Shown in pieces: positions 47,890 to 57,899 of a stretch of DNA of 64,000 bases. The stretch comes from an uncultured bacterium (GTDB lineage: Bacteria > Patescibacteriota > Minisyncoccia > Phycocordibacterales > GWA1-40-21): positions 21,961-85,960 of the forward strand of contig CAIJNK010000008.1 of assembly GCA_903822075.1 (NCBI GenBank), in the 5' to 3' direction. Numbering within the stretch: position 1 is the first letter of the stretch; every line of letters starts with the position of its first letter. Both the position numbers and the translations under genes were made by a program. Below the pieces are notes generated by a model. The model was not told the DNA's origin, did no database searches, and saw only the letters and a list, made by a program, of their open reading frames with translations.

Positions 47890-48957
47890 ATGTCTAATAA
47901 ATATAAAAAATATCTGCCTTCAAAAAAATTCTCATTAATTATTCTTTCCATTATAATCGCCCTTGGTATTGTGTTTGGCTTTTCTTTCTTTGGGAGACCG
48001 AAAACTGTCGCTGTAAAACTGACCGATGATCAAGCTAGAGCTAAAATCCAAGAATTTATGGTTTTGGATTCGGACCATGACGGCTTGCCGGATTGGGAAG
48101 AGGCTTTGTGGAAAACCGACCCCAAGAAAGCTGATACTGACAGTGACGGCACGAGCGACGGTGATGAGATTAATGCCAATCGTGATCCGCTCAAGCCAAA
48201 CACTGCGCCAAAAGGCCAAGAGCCAAATGACAAAATAGATCAAAAAATAATTGCCGATAATAAAAAGGTAGAGGATGATTTTGCTGCCCTGTCAAGTACA
48301 GACAAGATTGGCCGAACACTTTTTTCCCAATATCTGGCCGTTAAGAAAGTAAACGGCAGTTTATCAAATGACGACATAGCTGTGATAGTCGGTAATACGC
48401 TAGCCGAACTGCCACAGGTAACCCTAAAACAATACTCCTTGACGGATTTAACAGTTTTCCCCTCAGGAACAACAGCATCGGTGAAAAAATATGGAAATGA
48501 TGTTTCCGAAGTCCTAATGAAAGACCTTTTCGCCAAACAACTGGCCGTGCAGAGCTATGACTTTTATGCTCAGGCCCAAATTAATGACATTGTCAATCAG
48601 TTACAGAGTGAGGATAACAGCGGCGTGGCCACCTCCACCCTGACCGAGCTCCAATCTGTCATCGACGAATACGATATATTGGTCAAAGCTCTGTTGAAAG
48701 TACCGGTACCGACAGTTGTCATGAACGAACATTTAGCCTTGGTCAATTCCATTGAATCCATTCATAGCAACTTATCCCAGATTAAGGCCTCGGTCAATGA
48801 CATTGTTTTATTTACTTCTCTTTTATCTGTCTATTCTGACAATATAAGTAATTTCTGGCCAATTATCGATAATTTAGGGACGGCACTAAAAAACAATCAA
48901 GTTACTTTTACCTCGGGTGATTATGGCAACCAATTATTTAATGGTATACTAAATTAG
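47890..48957 (+). CDS. membrane-anchored protein with Ca-binding Asp-rich repeats
   Basis: N-terminal TM helix; DSDHDGLPDWEE and DTDSDGTSDGDE repeats. Confidence 0.45.
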   Translation: MSNKYKKYLPSKKFSLIILSIIIALGIVFGFSFFGRPKTVAVKLTDDQARAKIQEFMVLDSDHDGLPDWEEALWKTDPKKADTDSDGTSDGDEINANRDPLKPNTAPKGQEPNDKIDQKIIADNKKVEDDFAALSSTDKIGRTLFSQYLAVKKVNGSLSNDDIAVIVGNTLAELPQVTLKQYSLTDLTVFPSGTTASVKKYGNDVSEVLMKDLFAKQLAVQSYDFYAQAQINDIVNQLQSEDNSGVATSTLTELQSVIDEYDILVKALLKVPVPTVVMNEHLALVNSIESIHSNLSQIKASVNDIVLFTSLLSVYSDNISNFWPIIDNLGTALKNNQVTFTSGDYGNQLFNGILN

Positions 48958-48963
48958 TAAAAG

Positions 48964-50565
48964 ATGCCTTCCATTTTTTTAAAATTTAAAAAGGCCCTAT
49001 CCATTATCTTGATTCTCTCTTTCCTATTGCCGGCAATGGCCATGCTTAATCCCCAAAAGGCACAGGCAACCATCCCAACCATTGATTATTCAGCCATACT
49101 AACGGCCATAAAAGGTTGGGCTTCTCAGGCTGCCCAGTGGGCAAAAGAGAACGCCCGGTGGGTAGAAGAGAACGCCCTCAAATATCTTGAGGCCCGAGTC
49201 CTGCGCCTGCTTACTCAGGCCATTGTCAATTGGATTGACAATGGTTTCAAGGGCAACCCTGCTTTTATAACCAATACCGGACAATTTCTTGAAGACACGG
49301 CTGATGCTACAATTGGTGATCTCCTCATGAGTTCCACTACCGGACTGGCTTTTCTCTGTGACCCGTTCAAAATTCAAGTAAAATTATCTCTTGGTCTGCA
49401 GTATAGACCCTTTCAAGACCAAATAAAATGCAGCCTGACCGGGGTTCTGAAAAATATAAAAGGAGCGATGAATGATTTTACCAACGGTGACTTTATCGCC
49501 GGCGGAGGCTGGGACTCGTGGGTGCAAATAAGCACGGTGCCGCAAAATAATCAGATGGGAGCGATGATTTTGGCCCAAAATGAAATGGACGCGCGAATAA
49601 CCGGTAGTAAGAATGTGGCGTTGACGGAAGCCAGCTGGGGTAATGGTTTTCTTTCATACAAAGATGACAAAGGGGTTATTCAAACTCCCGGTAGTGTTAT
49701 TTCCAATAAAATCGACTGGGCGGACACCAGTGATATTCGGAAAACCGAGCTGGCCAATGATATCAACGAAATAATAAACGCCCTGGTAAATCAAGTCGTA
49801 ACGAAGATGAAGAATGGCCTATTGAAGAGTGGGGATAATAATAGGATAACCGGCTCTAATGCCAGACAAAGTAATATAAATTACCTGAACGGCCTCCAGG
49901 CACAATCCGGTTCAGGAAATGGTGTGAATTATTCTTACGGTACCGGTAGTGGAGGTGACAACTTCAACTCGGGTGGGGACACCGGCTCTGGTAACGGGAC
50001 TGGAGACGGATCAGGTAACGGAACGGGGAATGGAACCGGTTCGGGTTCGGGCACAGACGTTAATTTTAACGGGCTCACTAATGTGACAGATATTCTGACG
50101 GCAATTGACGCCCAAAACACAAATGAGAATCGCTTCTTGCTCACCCAAAACAATATCTATGACCTGCTTAGCACCACTCAAGATCTCTTTAATTCTTCCA
50201 CCTGCAGCCCGGCTATTAAAACCGCTATAATCAATCAACTTACCGGTAATTACAGCCCCGCTGCCAAAGAATTGATCTGGAACGAAAGAGACGCCACCCG
50301 AGCCGCCACCACCACTGTCAATAACCTGACCTCTTTGGCGCAAGTCCGCGGAGCGGTCGCAGTAAGCACCAACAGTACGGCCCTGGCTGGTTTGGTCCAA
50401 AACCTGAACGCTATCAGCACCTTACACTCATCGGCCGATATTGCCAATTATTCTACCGGTGGCACTTACCTTGAAGGCGTGAAGAGCTGGGTGAGAGGCA
50501 AGATAAACCTTTATGGGACGTCCTGTGGCATCAACGCAAGTTTGTTATCCAGCTGGGGGATATAG
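48964..50565 (+). CDS. secreted Gly/Ser/Asn-rich protein
   Basis: Signal peptide ending AQA; low-complexity GSGNGTG repeats. Confidence 0.45.
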   Translation: MPSIFLKFKKALSIILILSFLLPAMAMLNPQKAQATIPTIDYSAILTAIKGWASQAAQWAKENARWVEENALKYLEARVLRLLTQAIVNWIDNGFKGNPAFITNTGQFLEDTADATIGDLLMSSTTGLAFLCDPFKIQVKLSLGLQYRPFQDQIKCSLTGVLKNIKGAMNDFTNGDFIAGGGWDSWVQISTVPQNNQMGAMILAQNEMDARITGSKNVALTEASWGNGFLSYKDDKGVIQTPGSVISNKIDWADTSDIRKTELANDINEIINALVNQVVTKMKNGLLKSGDNNRITGSNARQSNINYLNGLQAQSGSGNGVNYSYGTGSGGDNFNSGGDTGSGNGTGDGSGNGTGNGTGSGSGTDVNFNGLTNVTDILTAIDAQNTNENRFLLTQNNIYDLLSTTQDLFNSSTCSPAIKTAIINQLTGNYSPAAKELIWNERDATRAATTTVNNLTSLAQVRGAVAVSTNSTALAGLVQNLNAISTLHSSADIANYSTGGTYLEGVKSWVRGKINLYGTSCGINASLLSSWGI

Positions 50566-50606
50566 TGATTGGCTTTTGGAGTTTTTTAAGGTAAAATAAA
50601 GTCGGA

Positions 50607-52715
50607 ATGAAGAAAATTTCTTCAAAAATTATCGTATGTATAATTCTTGTCACGCTTTTTTGGGGCGGGTTTGGTTTTGTTTCAAATGGAACAAAAACCG
50701 CCTTCTCAATAAATAAGGCTCAGGCCTCAATCGCTGATGAAAAATGCGGAAATACCGCCCCGAATTCAGACGTAAACAGTCCAGCCTATACCCAATGGAG
50801 AACTTGCCGAGCTGACGCTACTAAAGCCCAAGCACCAATAGATAATGGCTATCTGGCATTTTTAAAAGATGTCGGCACTAACGCCCTAGCCTATTTAGGA
50901 GAAGGAGCTGTTCGTGCCGCGACCGCAGTGATTGGTGGAGTTTTACAGTTAATCGTTATACCTGTTTTAGGTATGCTTTTGCGAATAGTTGCGGCTTGTT
51001 TGGATTTAGCAATTAAGTTTACTTTAGACTCCGGCCATATATCAGCAGTCTCTGATGCTATTAATAGTGTTTGGACGATCGTAAGAAATATATTCAATAT
51101 TACGTTTATCTTTATTCTCCTTTGGGCAGCTATTCAAACGATCGTTGGTGTAGCTGGAGCAAATACCAAGAAAATCATTGCCGATGTGGTAATCGCTGCC
51201 CTGCTAATAAATTTCAGTCTTCTAATTACCAGAATTATCATTGATGCTGGTAATATTATTGCTGTAGCTCTGTATAATTTAATTACCAGTAACGATAGCA
51301 TTACCATCTCAACAATAATAGCCAATAATCTACAATTAGGAACTCTTTATGCTACCACAGGAACCACAGGGAGTGTTTTTTCCACACCATTTTTTATAAT
51401 CAGCGCTCTGCAATTCATTACTATCCTGACGGCAATCATTACCTTGGGTTATGCCGCTTTACTGTTCTTAGTAAGAAACGTTATGCTAATTTTCCTTATG
51501 GCGCTTTCGCCGGTCGGCTTTATGGGTAATGTTTTACCAAAAGTTGATGAGTATTCGAAAATGTGGCGGAAAAATCTTTACGGCATGGTTTTTATGGCCC
51601 CAATTTTTTTACTCCTATTTTATTTGATTGTTAAGATAGGGGACGGCTTAACTCTCTCTGGATCGGCAGCTGGTATAAATACCGACTACACAGCCTACTT
51701 CAAATACATGATGATAATCATATTACTAATAGCCGCCACCAAGATGACCAAAAGTATGAGTGGAGTAGCTGGGGAGTTTACAGAAAAAATGGGGACACTG
51801 GCAGCAGGTGCAGCAATTGGTGTCGCCACTGGTGGACTAGCTTTGGCGGGGAGGGCAACACTGGGTAGGGCAGCATCACATATTGCCCAGAGTGAGACGT
51901 TAACTAACGCGGCATCAAAAGGCGGGCTTGGTGGAATTGCTTCCCGCATGGCCCTAAAGAGTGCGGTAGGAACTTCCAAAGCCAGCTTTGATGCTAGAAA
52001 TACCGGTGGCTTTAAATCAGCAACTAATATGATTGGTTCACAAACTGGCTTAAAGATTGACTACAATAGGGGGATGAAGACTCAAAAGGATGGCTACGTT
52101 GGTATGGCGGACCGTCAAGAAAAGAGGGAATTGGATACGGCAAAAATGATAAACAAGGGTCGTGTAAGTCTAACTAAAGAAGAAAAGGAGGCAATAACAA
52201 AAAAGAGGGAGGATCGAGAGCAAGCTGAACAGGACACTATCAACAAAAACAAGACGGAAATAGAGACTCTCGAAGCAGCCAAGAGAGTTGGGACGATACC
52301 AAAAGAAGATGAGGAGAAGCTGGAGAAACTTAAAAAAGATACGGCAGTCTTAACAAGCAAACCGGTCCGAACTCCGGAAGAGAAGCAGAAAGATATCGAA
52401 AAAGAGGAAGCAGAGATGATAAAAGAAAAGGAGAAGGACAAGAAGAATGAGCGAACCGAGGCATATGCCAGCCAAGCGCAAAGTTCTTGGTTGAGCCGAA
52501 CATTTAGAAACGAAGCCGAGGCTAAGGAAGCAGCTGACAAAGTTAGGAAAACGACAAAACCAAAAGACGGGAAGACTCTGGCGGCGGAGGCGGCAGAATT
52601 ACTTGCTAAAGAAAAGGCGGAGGCAGAAGGTAAGCCAGCCGCAGGTACTCCAGCACCGGCACCAGCCGCTGCGCCAGCAGGCGGTGGAGCGCCGGCCGGA
52701 GGGCAGTGGGGGTAG
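50607..52715 (+). CDS. TrbL/VirB6-like polytopic membrane protein
   Basis: Signal peptide, at least 6 TM helices, a long charged C-terminal tail and a Pro/Ala/Gly tail; adjacent to VirB4. Confidence 0.45.
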   Translation: MKKISSKIIVCIILVTLFWGGFGFVSNGTKTAFSINKAQASIADEKCGNTAPNSDVNSPAYTQWRTCRADATKAQAPIDNGYLAFLKDVGTNALAYLGEGAVRAATAVIGGVLQLIVIPVLGMLLRIVAACLDLAIKFTLDSGHISAVSDAINSVWTIVRNIFNITFIFILLWAAIQTIVGVAGANTKKIIADVVIAALLINFSLLITRIIIDAGNIIAVALYNLITSNDSITISTIIANNLQLGTLYATTGTTGSVFSTPFFIISALQFITILTAIITLGYAALLFLVRNVMLIFLMALSPVGFMGNVLPKVDEYSKMWRKNLYGMVFMAPIFLLLFYLIVKIGDGLTLSGSAAGINTDYTAYFKYMMIIILLIAATKMTKSMSGVAGEFTEKMGTLAAGAAIGVATGGLALAGRATLGRAASHIAQSETLTNAASKGGLGGIASRMALKSAVGTSKASFDARNTGGFKSATNMIGSQTGLKIDYNRGMKTQKDGYVGMADRQEKRELDTAKMINKGRVSLTKEEKEAITKKREDREQAEQDTINKNKTEIETLEAAKRVGTIPKEDEEKLEKLKKDTAVLTSKPVRTPEEKQKDIEKEEAEMIKEKEKDKKNERTEAYASQAQSSWLSRTFRNEAEAKEAADKVRKTTKPKDGKTLAAEAAELLAKEKAEAEGKPAAGTPAPAPAAAPAGGGAPAGGQWG

Positions 52716-52795
52716 TGGTGGAGGAGCAAGTGGCGGAGGTGGAGCGTCGGGTGGAGGCGGGGGTGGCGGAAAATAAAAAATAATTAAAGTAAAAA

Positions 52796-53599
52796 ATGGA
52801 CGCGGAGACCAAAAAAATAATACAGGATCAGATGAAGAACCTGCCACAGGACGTTAAAGAGGCGATTATTTCTGTGGACTACACAAACAGAATGCAGGAA
52901 ATCACCCGCCGACAAAAACTGCTGATTGACCAAGCGGCCAAACTGGAGATGGAAACCACTTTAGTCCTGATTGGCCTGGAACCGCTGACTGATTACATTA
53001 GTAACCTGCAAAGAGAGCTTGTTGTGAACGAGATTCGGGCCAGAGAAGTGGCTTTGGACGTCAGTGAAAATGTTTTTAAGCCGATTCGAGAATCCCTAAA
53101 AAGAATGAACAGTAACGTCTTGAACGAAAAAGGTGAAGTGGTGGACGGATCAGAGATTCTGTCGGAAGATGAGCCGGAGCCACCAGCCCCAAGATTCACT
53201 GACAGTAATGAGACCAGCTTAAATCGTGATCAGATCTTAAAAGAAATCGAAGACCCAGCCCAGATTGATGGAGGAGACCGAAGTATGAATTTTGCTCCCG
53301 TCGCAAGCCCTAAACCGGAAAATCTGGCCCCAACCGCTGAAAAAAAGACTGAACTTGAAGTAAAACCGGCCCAAGAAATCCAAATCCGCCAGGTTGAAGC
53401 TAGACAAATGGAAACTATTCCGGGACAGATAGCTAAGGACGTAACTCAGGAGACAGGTGATATGGTGAAATCCAAAATGACCGGCACGACCATCGTTTCC
53501 CAGCAGATCATTGATGTCAAACCGGACACCAAATTACCGGAGATAGAGAAAAAACGTCCATCAAGCGGCGCAGACCCCTACCGTGAACCAATAATATAA
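52796..53599 (+). CDS. hypothetical acidic protein
   Basis: 267-aa ORF in the secretion-like cluster. Confidence 0.4.
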   Translation: MDAETKKIIQDQMKNLPQDVKEAIISVDYTNRMQEITRRQKLLIDQAAKLEMETTLVLIGLEPLTDYISNLQRELVVNEIRAREVALDVSENVFKPIRESLKRMNSNVLNEKGEVVDGSEILSEDEPEPPAPRFTDSNETSLNRDQILKEIEDPAQIDGGDRSMNFAPVASPKPENLAPTAEKKTELEVKPAQEIQIRQVEARQMETIPGQIAKDVTQETGDMVKSKMTGTTIVSQQIIDVKPDTKLPEIEKKRPSSGADPYREPII

Positions 53600-54031
53600 A
53601 TGCGATTCCAAGTCCCACAATTTATTGACATCGAAGACAAAATATTTGGCCCGCTGACCATCAAGCAATTTATCTACGTTGCTGGCGGCGCGGGTTTGTC
53701 TTTCATCCTGTTCCGTTTCATTTACCTGCCCGTGGCTATTATCCTTATTATCGTGGTTTTGGGTTTTTCCTTGGCTCTAGCCTTTTACCAAATAAATAAC
53801 AAACCCTTGATTTATATTATCCAGAGCGCGCTTGGTTATTTTTTATCCAGCAAACTGTATCTTTGGAAAAAAAGAGATAAGTCACTTCAAAAAATAACCA
53901 ACTCCGCCCCACAAAACGTAAATTTACCGCCAGTTTATGTCCCCAAATTATCTCAAAGCAAACTGCACGATTTGACGTGGAGTCTGGATATCAAGGAAAG
54001 TTTGAACCCCGTCACCAGAGAGGAGAAATAA
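53600..54031 (+). CDS. small two-TM membrane protein (VirB3/PrgI-like, putative)
   Basis: The start overlaps the upstream stop; two hydrophobic helices; sits immediately upstream of VirB4. Confidence 0.35.
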   Translation: MRFQVPQFIDIEDKIFGPLTIKQFIYVAGGAGLSFILFRFIYLPVAIILIIVVLGFSLALAFYQINNKPLIYIIQSALGYFLSSKLYLWKKRDKSLQKITNSAPQNVNLPPVYVPKLSQSKLHDLTWSLDIKESLNPVTREEK

Positions 54032-54068
54032 TAGGAGGAAAAAGAAATTTAAGTTATAATAACAGGGT

Positions 54069-54704
54069 ATGACCGAAGCCAAAACAACCCAAGAGTTTGT
54101 CCCTATAAAGGAAGTCCGTGACGGCATCATAATCATGAAAGATGGCAGTATGCGGGCCATAATTTTGTCCTCTTCATTAAACTTTGCCTTGAAGTCAACA
54201 GAGGAGCAAGAAGCCATCATCTACCAATTCCAAAATTTCCTCAACTCACTGGATTTTTCTATTCAAATTTCCGTCCAAAGCCGCGAACTGGACATCCGCC
54301 CCTATCTCGCTACACTGGAGAAACGTTACAACGAAGAGCTTAATGACCTTCTTAAAATTCAGACCAAGGAATACATCAGCTTCGTAAAAAGTTTTACCGA
54401 AAGCCAAAATATCATGTCCAAAACCTTTTTTATTGTGATCCCTTTTGCTCCCACTTTTCTGGGAGCCAAAAAAGACACCGGGCTGGGCCGGTTTTTACCC
54501 AGCAAGAACGCCCCAGAAAAAGTAGCTGAAAAAAGTGACAACTTTGAAGAAAACCGGACGCAGTTAGAGCAGAGAGTTTCCGTCGTTCAACAAGGTCTCA
54601 CGCGTTGCGGTATCAGAAGCGTTAGTCTTGGGACCGAAGAAACCATCGAATTGTTCTACAAATTATTCAATCCAGGTGATACCGAAAAACCAATTAAACT
54701 ATAA
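54069..54704 (+). CDS. VirB4-family ATPase, N-terminal fragment
   Basis: EVRDGIIIMKDGSMRAIILSSSLNFALKSTEEQ resembles the VirB4 N-terminal domain; stops 5 nt before the next ORF. Confidence 0.5.
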   Translation: MTEAKTTQEFVPIKEVRDGIIIMKDGSMRAIILSSSLNFALKSTEEQEAIIYQFQNFLNSLDFSIQISVQSRELDIRPYLATLEKRYNEELNDLLKIQTKEYISFVKSFTESQNIMSKTFFIVIPFAPTFLGAKKDTGLGRFLPSKNAPEKVAEKSDNFEENRTQLEQRVSVVQQGLTRCGIRSVSLGTEETIELFYKLFNPGDTEKPIKL

Positions 54705-54709
54705 ATGAA

Positions 54710-56527
54710 ATGGGTATACTTGATTTTTTAAAAAAGAAAAAAGCCAGCGAACCGGAACTTACTTCCTTCTTGCCCCAGGAAATATACAATTCTGGCGTCT
54801 TGGAATTGCAAGATATTATTGCTCCCTCAGCCCTAAAGATCACCCCCAACCAAATAAACCTGGGAGAAAAAATTGCTCGAACTTTTTTTGTCATTTCTTA
54901 TCCTCGTTTTCTGACCGAAAGCTGGTTTGCGCCAATCATAAACTTGGATAAAATTTTTAATATTTCCATCTTCGTCCACCCAATCGAAACGGCCAAAATA
55001 TTGCGGACATTCCAGAAAAAAGTGGCCGAGGTCCAAAGCCAGATCAACCAAAGAGAAGGGCGGGGACTGGTCAGAGATCCTATGCTGGATACCGCTTATC
55101 AAGATCTCGAATCCTTGCGTGATAACTTGCAACAAGCCCAGGAAAAGCTTTTTGATGTTGGTGTGTATATTACCCTTTATGGTAATAGTGATGAAGACCT
55201 AAACAAACTGGAATCAGAAATAAAATCCCTGCTCGAATCGAAATTAGTTTACTTAAAACCAGCTCTTTTCCAGCAAGAACAAGGCTACAAAAGCATCCTG
55301 CCGATTGCGGATGATCAATTGGGTATCCACTCCAAGCTCAACTCCTCACCCCTGTCCAGTATTTTTCCGTTTGTCTCCTTCGATTTAACGTCCGACAAAG
55401 GTATTCTCTACGGGATTAACCGCCACAATAACAGCTTGGTTCTTTTTGATCGCTTTTCCTTGGACAACTATAACTCCGTTACCTTTGCCAAGTCCGGTTC
55501 CGGTAAAAGCTACGCCACTAAGTTGGAAATCTTGCGTTCCCTGATGTTTGAAACGGAAGTGATCGTAATTGACCCGGAAAAGGAGTACCAATACCTATCG
55601 GAAGCCGTTGGTGGGAAAAATTTCAATATCTCCCTTAACTCAACAAACCATATCAACCCATTTGACCTGCCTTTTCCACGGGATGACGAGCCGGCAGCTG
55701 ATATTTTGCGTTCCAACATTATTAACTTGGTGGGCTTGTTCCGGATTATGTTTGGCGGTCTGACACCGGAAGAAGATGCGATCGTTGACCGCGCTATCAG
55801 TGAAACTTACGCCCTTAAAGACATCACACCCGAATCAGATTTCTCCAATTTGGAACCGCCATTGTTGTCAGATTTTGAGCTAGTTCTTTCTGGGATGGAA
55901 GGGGCCGAAGGTTTGGTTCAGAAATTATCAAAATATACCCGTGGTTCTTGGGCAGGCTTTATAAACAGACCTACTAACGTTGATATTAATGCCAAGTTTG
56001 TGGTTTTCTCCATTCGAGATATGGAAGACGAGCTCAAGCCGGTCGCCATGTATATTATCACTCACTATATTTGGACCGCCGTCAGACGTGAGAAAAAGAA
56101 GAGATTACTGGTGATTGATGAGGCTTGGTGGATGATGAAGACCGAAGACACCGCCTCTTTCTTGTTCAGTTTGGCCAAAAGAGGCCGTAAATATTGGCTG
56201 GGGCTGGCTACCATCACTCAGGATGTGGATGACTTCTTGCGCTCACCTTATGGTTTGCCGATCGTGACCAACTCTTCCATCCAGATTCTTCTGAAACAAA
56301 GCCCGTCAACTGTCGATAGCCTGCAAAAAACTTTCAACTTAACTGACGAAGAGAAATTCCTGCTCTTGGAGTCTGATGTGGGGGAGGGGTTGTTCTTTGT
56401 TGGGCAAAAACACGTCGCTATCAAGGTTATTGCCTCTTACACCGAGGATCAGATCATCACTTCTGACCCATCACAATTATTGGCCATCAAAAGATCCCGA
56501 GAAGAGCTGAACAACAGTGGACAATAA
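54710..56527 (+). CDS. VirB4/TrbE-family type IV secretion ATPase (C-terminal ATPase part)
   Basis: Walker A FAKSGSGKSYAT and Walker B LLVIDEAWWMM. Confidence 0.8.
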   Translation: MGILDFLKKKKASEPELTSFLPQEIYNSGVLELQDIIAPSALKITPNQINLGEKIARTFFVISYPRFLTESWFAPIINLDKIFNISIFVHPIETAKILRTFQKKVAEVQSQINQREGRGLVRDPMLDTAYQDLESLRDNLQQAQEKLFDVGVYITLYGNSDEDLNKLESEIKSLLESKLVYLKPALFQQEQGYKSILPIADDQLGIHSKLNSSPLSSIFPFVSFDLTSDKGILYGINRHNNSLVLFDRFSLDNYNSVTFAKSGSGKSYATKLEILRSLMFETEVIVIDPEKEYQYLSEAVGGKNFNISLNSTNHINPFDLPFPRDDEPAADILRSNIINLVGLFRIMFGGLTPEEDAIVDRAISETYALKDITPESDFSNLEPPLLSDFELVLSGMEGAEGLVQKLSKYTRGSWAGFINRPTNVDINAKFVVFSIRDMEDELKPVAMYIITHYIWTAVRREKKKRLLVIDEAWWMMKTEDTASFLFSLAKRGRKYWLGLATITQDVDDFLRSPYGLPIVTNSSIQILLKQSPSTVDSLQKTFNLTDEEKFLLLESDVGEGLFFVGQKHVAIKVIASYTEDQIITSDPSQLLAIKRSREELNNSGQ

Positions 56528-56577
56528 TCACTTGTTCTTGGAAATTAACGAACTGGTGTGATATAATTGGTATTAGT

Positions 56578-57582
56578 ATGATAAAGAAAATTTTTAGCGG
56601 CTGGCTAATAATAACAGCTTTTCTCCTCGTTCTTTCTCCCATGATTTCTTCGGCGCAAAGCATCCCAACCGAAGGAGTAATCAGCATCACCATGAAGCCG
56701 GAAAATCCGGCACCCTTGCAAACCGTGACCCTAACTTTAGAGAGCTACACTTATGATTTGGACCGGTCTAAGATAACCTGGTCAGTTGACGGTCAAAATA
56801 AAACGACCGATCTCGGCCTTAGGGAATTCACCGTTCAAGCTGGTAAAAATGGTCATATGACTACGGTAAAGGCCCAGGTACAAACTCAACAAGATGGCAC
56901 AGTGGAGACAGAAATATCGTTTATCCCCTCGGCAGTGGATCTGATTTATGAATCACAATCCTATACACCACCATTTTATAAAGGCCGGTCTTTAAATCCA
57001 AACCAAGGAAAAGTCCTGGTGGCTGCTATTCCCGAACTTATCAAAACGACTGGCGAAAAAATCAGTTCTAAAAGTATTATTTATTCCTGGAAAAAGAACG
57101 GAACGATAGATCAGTCTGCCTCGGGTATGGGGAAGGATACTTTTACTTTTACCGGATCTGTTCCAATCAGAGACTCGGTAGTGGAAGTGACCGCTTCATC
57201 TTTGGACGGCACACTCACGGCTTCAAAAGAAATAACGATTACCAATGTCGACCCGAAAATAATTTTTTATGAAGATAGCCCGGTCTACGGAATTATGATG
57301 AACAAGGCCATAAAAAGTACGGTTAAAATGCTTACTGACGAGTTCAGTATTTTTACGGCACCATATTTCTTTAGCACCGGATATGCCAACACACAGGACT
57401 TGGATTATACCTGGAGCATGAATGGAAAAGATATTGACAGCCAAGACCCAAAAAATTCCTTCACCGCCAGAGTAGATAAAGCCGGTTCAGGAACGGCAAA
57501 TATAAGTCTGAAAATAAGCAACAACCTCCGAATATTCCAAATTGCAACCAACAGTTATTCGATTAATTTTGAAAAACAATAA
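56578..57582 (+). CDS. secreted hypothetical protein
   Basis: Signal peptide ending SSAQS; 334 aa. Confidence 0.45.
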   Translation: MIKKIFSGWLIITAFLLVLSPMISSAQSIPTEGVISITMKPENPAPLQTVTLTLESYTYDLDRSKITWSVDGQNKTTDLGLREFTVQAGKNGHMTTVKAQVQTQQDGTVETEISFIPSAVDLIYESQSYTPPFYKGRSLNPNQGKVLVAAIPELIKTTGEKISSKSIIYSWKKNGTIDQSASGMGKDTFTFTGSVPIRDSVVEVTASSLDGTLTASKEITITNVDPKIIFYEDSPVYGIMMNKAIKSTVKMLTDEFSIFTAPYFFSTGYANTQDLDYTWSMNGKDIDSQDPKNSFTARVDKAGSGTANISLKISNNLRIFQIATNSYSINFEKQ

Positions 57583-57583
57583 A

Positions 57584-57895
57584 ATGGCCTTAGGATATAC
57601 ACCTTTAGAAAATGGGGTTTTTAATGATTTTAACACTGGAGTAAGCTCAAATAATCAGTTGGGCACTTTCCTTGGTCAGGCTTTTCAGTTTGGGCTAGCG
57701 GTGGCTGCCGCTTTGGCAGTAGTGATGATTGTCTGGGGTGGGGTAGAGATAATGCTTTCGGAATCCATGTTTAAGAAAGAAGATGGCAAGAAGAAAATTC
57801 AAGATGCCATCTGGGGGCTGCTGTTGGCGCTGGTTTCCTGGCTAATCCTCTTCACCATCAATCCGGATATTTTGAACTTTAAAATAACAAATTAA
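57584..57895 (+). CDS. pilin-like small membrane protein (VirB2/TrbC-like, putative)
   Basis: The start is set at the ATG 1 nt after the upstream stop; two hydrophobic helices. Confidence 0.4.
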   Translation: MALGYTPLENGVFNDFNTGVSSNNQLGTFLGQAFQFGLAVAAALAVVMIVWGGVEIMLSESMFKKEDGKKKIQDAIWGLLLALVSWLILFTINPDILNFKITN

Positions 57896-57899
57896 TTTT

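Noticed and set aside
52599-52847. Pro/Gly-rich alternative-frame ORFs at the 3' end of the TrbL-like gene
   Set aside because: They are low-complexity GC-rich repeats read in the wrong frame or strand.
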